Assembly (NCBI GenBank): GCA_027923505.1
Contig: BROI01000002.1
Coordinates: 2,356,001 to 2,420,000, forward strand
Direction: 5' to 3'
Length of the DNA: 64,000 nt
Origin: Mayamaea pseudoterrestris
Lineage: Eukaryota
A program made the translations under genes and the position numbers. The first letter of the stretch is position 1; each line of letters begins with the position of its first letter. Shown here in pieces: positions 57,719 to 64,000 of this stretch. The notes beneath the pieces were generated by a model, which searched no databases, was not told the DNA's origin, and saw only the letters and a program-made list of their open reading frames with translations.

Positions 57719-57929
57719 AATAGCAATAGATTTATGTATAGCAGATTGATATCCATACTACCTGGCTGCAATGCCTTGTCGTTTAGTCCAGCACTCGCGT
57801 CACTTCTTCAACTTCCAAAGAGATTTGGGTTGTACGCGGCATACACTGAGATCAAAGCCTCACAAAGCTGCGCATGAAAAAGTGGTTAAAGGCAGATCAT
57901 TTGGCGGACTTTGGAAGGGCCGCTCCAAC

Positions 57930-59222
57930 CTCAGCTGTCTCGTGGAGGCATTCGCACGTAAGAGTATTCATTAATGCTCCCAACCCCAAACTGGATGAGC
58001 GCAGCATATATTGTGTGAGACACGCAAGGAAGGCCAATATAGCGACAGAACTCTAAATGACAAATGCACATACCCTGGACACAAAAACCACTAAAAGTAA
58101 AGGGAGGACAAAGAGAATGACAATCGAAAAACAGGTTGCAATCTGTGTGGGTGGGGGGAGAATGGCACAAGCAATTAGCCGACATTGGTTATATCCTTTC
58201 ATTCCATCCGAGAGAAACTGGTAGATGCGCGTAAGGATGGGCGTGCCAACGTAACCTGTACTGCCCTTCAACGACTCCGCGTGATAAATTTGGTAGCCAT
58301 GGACATAGTCATTCGCGTACGGTCCTTGACACGATCAATGCTGCTATTTCATTGTCGCTCACTCCACCAAGGACGCCTAAAGGTCGAGCTGCATTGTAAA
58401 GCGTCCGCTTCTCCCTTTTCCCCGAAGTTCCCGTAATAAAATAAAATATAGACGACAGCGCATTTTGATCCCCGTATTCGCTTCGAATATCGCGGTTCAG
58501 AATTCGGATCGACTGGTCGTGAGCGAACCTGGATGTATTCAATGATGCGCATGTGGCCACGCCTTCCCATGTTGGCACGCAAAGACTCAAGTGCCACTGC
58601 TCCCAAAGGCTATATAAATGCGCCAGTTCCTGCATAAACAGGGAAGGATATGGAATATTCTGCGATGTCATGGGTTCGTGAGGTGTTTCAAGCGTTTCAA
58701 TGCGGTCAGTCGCGTGCAAATCGTCGAAGAAATCTTAGTGGAATAGGTATCCGAGCTTTCGAAGCATCGCAAATTGAGCTTATGCTTGTAAGTGACCCCT
58801 TAGATTGCTGGCTCGCGCTTTGGCTCCTTGTACGACTTCTTCTTCGTCATGCTGTTATATAACTTCAGTTTTGACATAGTTTTTCTTCCAGACCCGCTTC
58901 GAGTGATTCGGCTTTGGGCTAGCTTTGTCCCCTCCTCCAAAAGCTGCCACTTCTGTAGTCCTCCAACGATATCCCTGTCGTCGCAAATGCGGATGCTTGC
59001 CAAAAGCTTTTTGGCTGATTGACATAGTACGCTTGATTTTGGTATCCGAATGCGGCAAAAGGAGTCAAATCGAGCCATGTGAGAGCATCAAATGAATGCC
59101 AGTGGCTCCATCTCAATATCTACCGTACGCATAATTTAATCGTAAACGTGAGCAAAAACTGCCACAAAGAACGTCAATACCCCGATTACATAGGGGTGTT
59201 CGATGGCGTGCATCCCGATGCA
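57930..59222 (-). CDS. Possible hypothetical gene fragmented by indels
   Basis: A chain of protein-like minus-strand ORF pieces, starting with a hydrophobic stretch (MHAIEHPYVIGVLTFFVAVFAH). No family recognised. Confidence 0.3.
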
Positions 59223-59607
59223 CCCAGGTAAGCGAGCACCACGGAATGGACATCTTGATCGCCACAAAAAACGAAGTGCTTAATAGAGTTGGAGCAGAGA
59301 TTTGTACACGGCGCTACCATGCACTCTTAATAAGAGTCTCAAACCGAAAACGTCTCTCTCGTAGAGGATCGTGGTGGAAAAAGTGAAACGGATGTGTTGG
59401 AATTCTACTTTCGGGGTTGTCTCAGATTTTCAAATCGCAGTGGCACTAACTACTCAATCACACACAATAAATATGGTACGCCACTTCATTCATTCCTATA
59501 CTACCGCTCATCAAGCGCGCCATGACCATACGACACACGACGTTAACATCGTCACAGTCAGCACGCGAAGACACCAAATGTTTGCCAATCATAGAAAGAC
59601 ATGCATC

Positions 59608-61140
59608 ATGATTCGATATGAGGCGGGACCATTCGGTTTAAACGTTCTATGGCGCTTGCACGGATCAGCCGTATTCAAATCCATCGTTCCGCCCTCGGCT
59701 CATCGGTTATATATTTGCTCTTGTTTGAACGACCACAATGAAGAAAACGAGCTGCTCTTTCTCCATCCATTATCCAATTGGGGCCCTTAATTGCAGCACT
59801 TACCTTCCTGCTGTCTTATCGTCAACGGTTGCTTACAACGATATTGGGAAGCTTGCTCGGCAGTTTATTTGATGCATTCGAGATGGATGGATCTTGGCAC
59901 GTCGCTAGCAGCCTTTCATTTTGCAATCTTCCAAATACAAAGGGTCGAAAGCCTCCGTCATTTGGTCATTACCACCCACATTTACGGGTCGTCGAGCGAG
60001 AACGTGAGCGGACTTAACTGAGCAGACCTCGATGAACTAGGTGCAACTAATGGACGCGGGAAAGAAGCCATCGGAGACAATTCGCTCAAGAATCGGCAGG
60101 ACATTCCGAAAGGCTGGTTAGGGAGAGGAGCGATCGTGGGGCATTATATCCTTCTTGAAGGTTCCAATGGGATATGAATGACTCATCGGTCTTCGATTGA
60201 TTTCGACACGGGTGCACGGGTAGTAAGATTGAGACTCGAAATATTGAACCTAGCATTGATTTGAACACGGATGAGCCGCCCTATTCCGGTAAGTACAGCT
60301 TGCAGCTCATTGCATTTTCAAACAAAGTACTCATTCCTAATACTCTCATTACTCAATGATAATCAGTGGAGGAAGCAGCACATTTGTTGTTGCCAGCTCT
60401 TGCAGGTGAGCATTACTTGTCGACCCTCGAAACGACTTAGAGCATGCCGACTCGCCGCTTTGCACATTCTATCCAGGCCAGCCATTTCCCCATGTCGACT
60501 CCGACAACTTATAATGCGGACGTGTAAGGTTGGAAGAATGAGCGCCAGTCCGTTACGATCGTCTGTACCTTGCTTGATTCTCGCGAAGTAAGGCATCGCG
60601 CACGTGCATAATGCAAGCGCCCATTGCGGTCGTTGGAGGTGTGAGCGGATGCCGAGGTGGCTTCTTGTTGCAAGCTGCTGGAGGACCAATGGCCAAGGTT
60701 GCTCTTGTCGTATGTGGCTGCAGGAATTCATTACTCGAGAGCATTTGTCGGGCAGCACTGGCAAAGTGGGTGCGCCAATAGTGGGCGACTGTTTCAATAC
60801 ATAAGCGACGGCATGTTAGGTTACAATATGGCTCGAAAGGTTCGCCACATACCATTTCCCTTTGCACATGCCCAGATAAACCAGGCTCTTTGTGTTGGTT
60901 GTTATTGGAGTCTGCGCAATATTAATGCTTTCTTTTGTCACCAACGAAATATTTGGCGCATTGCTCAACTCTTTGTGACGGTTTGTTGCTTTTTGGCGGA
61001 TCTGGATCGCGTCGTAAAGAACAGAAGACCCTTTCTTTAATCCACCGAATGATATTCCAGTCAACAATCTGCATGCTCAATTCAACGAAGCTATGAGCGA
61101 TGTTCAGAGATGCATCGGTGATGCGACTGGAGGATAAACG
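59608..61140 (+). CDS. Bestrophin-like (UPF0187/YneE-type) anion channel, broken by indels in this sequence
   Basis: MIRYEAGPFGLNVLWRLHGSAVFKS, LTFLLSYR, QRYWEA, RLFQYISDGMLGYNMARKV.HIPFPFAHAQI, EDPF and NDIPVNNLHAQFNEA pieces occur in order across different frames. Confidence 0.72.
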
Positions 61141-61619
61141 CGAACCGGCAGAGGGCGCGAATGGGTTTGGACGTGGATGGTGATGGCTGCGACTGACTTT
61201 TTACATTGACGAAGAATTAATAGATAAGCTTTAACGACTTTGTGAACTGTTTCACAAGTGAAGCGACGGACGTGTGTTTAACTCGATGGGCGATATGAGC
61301 GGTTTGTAATATGTAATTTCTTCGTAGCCTTTTTTGTCTCTTTAGAGCAACAAATTGCGACTTGCGCTTTGGCGTGGACATCATTGTCATGACTTTAGCG
61401 TTCGTTGCGGAATAGTTCGACGAGTCGCGCCCGGCGGATGAGGCCAGGCTAACCTGATTAAGCTCGTTTCGGCTTGTATATATTCGTTACAAAGACTCAT
61501 TTGACTGCTTCTACAAGTCGAATTCTATGTTGTAAAACCTCTTTGTCGAAACGGGATGGCGGATGGAGATGGAGCATGGAACAGTTTCACCAGACCGTCC
61601 TACGGCGGCTTCATGAGAC

Positions 61620-64000
61620 ATTGGTCGATTCTGACCTGTCAAACGCCCCATGCCCTGGCCACCCAAATACCCAATAATGCAGGCCAAACATGTCCAGGGT
61701 ATGCCATTGACAGGTGCATAGTCTCAAATGGTGCAAAAGGACTGCCTGGAGGCTGACACCATGGTGCACGGCCTCCCACGGTGGGTTGGCCCCAACACCA
61801 CAAGTTGTCGATTCTGACCTGTCAAATTCCCCATGCCCTGGCCACCCAAATACCCAATGAGTCGAATGAAACATGTCCAGGGTATGTGCCATAATGACTC
61901 GTCCGCAGAGTCTCAAATGGTGCAAATGGACTGCCTGGAGGCTGACACCATGTGCAACGGCCTCCACGGTGGGTATGGCCACCACACACTAAGATTTTCG
62001 ATTCTGGACCTGTCAAACGCCCCATGCCTCCCATCCCGCCAAACATGTCCAGGGTATGCCATTGACGGGTGCATAGTTTCAATGGTGCAAAAAGGACTGC
62101 CTGGAGGCTGACACCATGGGTACGGCCTCACTGTGGGTATCCAACACCACAAGTTGTCGATTCTGTTTAAACGCCCCATGCCCTGGCCACCCAAATACCC
62201 AATGAGTCAGGCCAAACATGTCCAGGGTATGCCATTGATCAAGTGCTTAGTCTCAAATGGTGCAAAAAGGACTGCCTGGAGGCCTGACACCATCGGCAAA
62301 AGGGTTCCCACAATTTGTGATTCACCTACCCCCATCCCTGCCACCCAAACCCCAATGAGTCGGCCAAACATGTCCAGGGTGCCATTGACAGGTGAGGGCA
62401 GAGTCTCAAATGGTACAAAAACGACTGCCTGGAGGCTCACCATGGTTTGTGCCCTCCGCGGTGGGTATGGCCAACACCACAAATGCCCCATGCCCAACAA
62501 AACATTGAGTCCGGCAAAACATGTCCAGGGTGTGCCATTGACATGAGGATGGTTGAAATGGTGCAAAACGGATCTGGAGTGCCAACACCATCTGCAACAT
62601 GGGGTGTGGGCCAACACCCAAATTATGGAATCATACAACAATGCCCGGTCCCCTGATCACCAACAACCCAATGAGTCCAGCAAAACATGTCCAGGGTGTG
62701 CCATTGATAGGATGGTCTGACATGGTACAAAACGGACTGCTCGAGGTTCCAGAGAATGGTCTACAAGATGGGTGTGGCCAACACCCCCAATTATGGAATC
62801 ATACCACTACAATGCCACATGCCCTAGCCACACAACAACCCAATGAGTCAGGCAAAACATGTCCAGGGTGTGCCATTGACATGAGGATGGGCTGAAATGG
62901 TGCAAAACGGACTGCCTGGAGGCCTACACCATCTGCAAAATGGGTGTGGCCAACACCCCAAATTAAGAAATCATACCACTACAATGCGTCCCCGATCACC
63001 AACAACAATGAGTCATGCAAAAAGGTCTGAAGAGGATGGTCTAATGGACAAAAGATGCTGAGGCCTACAGATGGAATGGTCTACAAGATGGGTGTGGCCA
63101 ACACCCCAAATCAAGGAATCAACCACACAATGCCCCATGCCATGGCCACCCAACAACCCAATGAGTCAGGCAAAACATGTCGGGTGTGCCATTATGAGGA
63201 TGGGACAAAAGGATGTCCGAGGCTACACCACTGCAAAGTGGCCAAACCCCAAATAATGGAACATACCACACAGCCGAGCACCAACAACCAATGAGTCATG
63301 CAAAACATGTCCGGTGTGCATAAGAGGTTACTGGACAAAACGAGAGGCCACAGCTGAATGGTTACAATTGGCCAACACCCCAAATTATGGAATCATACCA
63401 CTACAATGCCATGCCCTGGCCACCCAACAACCCAATGAGTCAGGCAAAACATGTCCCGGTGTGCATTGACACGGATGGGCTGACCTGGTGCAAAACGGAG
63501 CTGAGGCCTCACCTCTGCAATGGGTGTGGCCAACACCCAAATTATGGAATCATACCACTACAATGCCCGCCCTGATCACCCAAAACCCAATGAGTATGCA
63601 AAACATGTCCAGGGTGTGCATTGACATGAGGATGGTCTGACATGGCACAAAACGGACTGCCTGGAGGTACAGATGAAGTAAGGGTGTGGCAACACCCCAA
63701 ATTATGGAATATACCACTAAATGCCTATGCCCTGGCCACCAACAACCAATGAACAGGCAAAACATGTCCAGGGTGTGCATTGACATGAGGATGGGCTGAA
63801 TGGTGCAAAACGGACTGCCGGGAGGCCTACACCATCTGCAAAATGGGTGTGGCCAACACGGCAAATTATGGAATCATACCACTACAATGCCCCGTCTCCT
63901 GATCACCCAACAACCCAATGAGTCATGCAAAACATGTCCAGGGTGCCACAATAAGGATGGTCTGACATGGACAAAACGAGGGGGGCACAGATGGAATGGT
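61620..64000. repeat. Tandem satellite-like array, ~150-180-bp unit, about 15 copies, continuing past the window end
   Basis: AAACATGTC(CAGGG) recurs at ~61686, 61869, 62041, 62214, 62367, 62517, 62684, 62855, 63174, 63303, 63447, 63601, 63760 and 63929. Confidence 0.95.

Noticed and set aside
61556..63864. Short ORFs in the terminal array, and the array as a CRISPR locus or telomere
   Set aside because: No frame is conserved. Whole units repeat without unique spacers, there are no cas genes, the context is eukaryotic, and no short telomeric repeat is present.
1..64000. tRNA, rRNA or other structured RNA genes
   Set aside because: None recognised by eye; tRNAscan-SE or Infernal would be needed to exclude them.

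Overview
Gene-dense eukaryotic DNA, most likely from a diatom. The evidence is short ~65-110 nt GT-AG introns, CoDi-type Ty1/copia elements, ASAF-type bipartite plastid presequences and a domain-swapped type III metacaspase. The left end (1-6035) holds a young copia element (LTR, gag, protease, integrase, chromo-like module, start of RT) inserted into the RT of an older decayed copia. Next is a divergent importin-beta gene whose predicted first exon carries an in-frame C4HC3 (PHD-like) zinc finger and abuts a ~352-bp tandem array. The centre (11.4-54.5 kb) is a run of mostly housekeeping genes: ELP1, MDP-1-like phosphatase, VPS13, COG7, STE20 kinase, DHX35, deoxyhypusine synthase, LRR, PH and MYND proteins, metacaspase, a plastid protein, RPN7, a U2AF65-like protein and a START protein. 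The right end has a decayed 144-bp Ser/Pro-coding array, frameshift-riddled ATG16-like and bestrophin-like genes (probably unpolished sequence) and a ~150-180-bp satellite running off the window. All gene calls come from reading motifs by eye; no database search was run.
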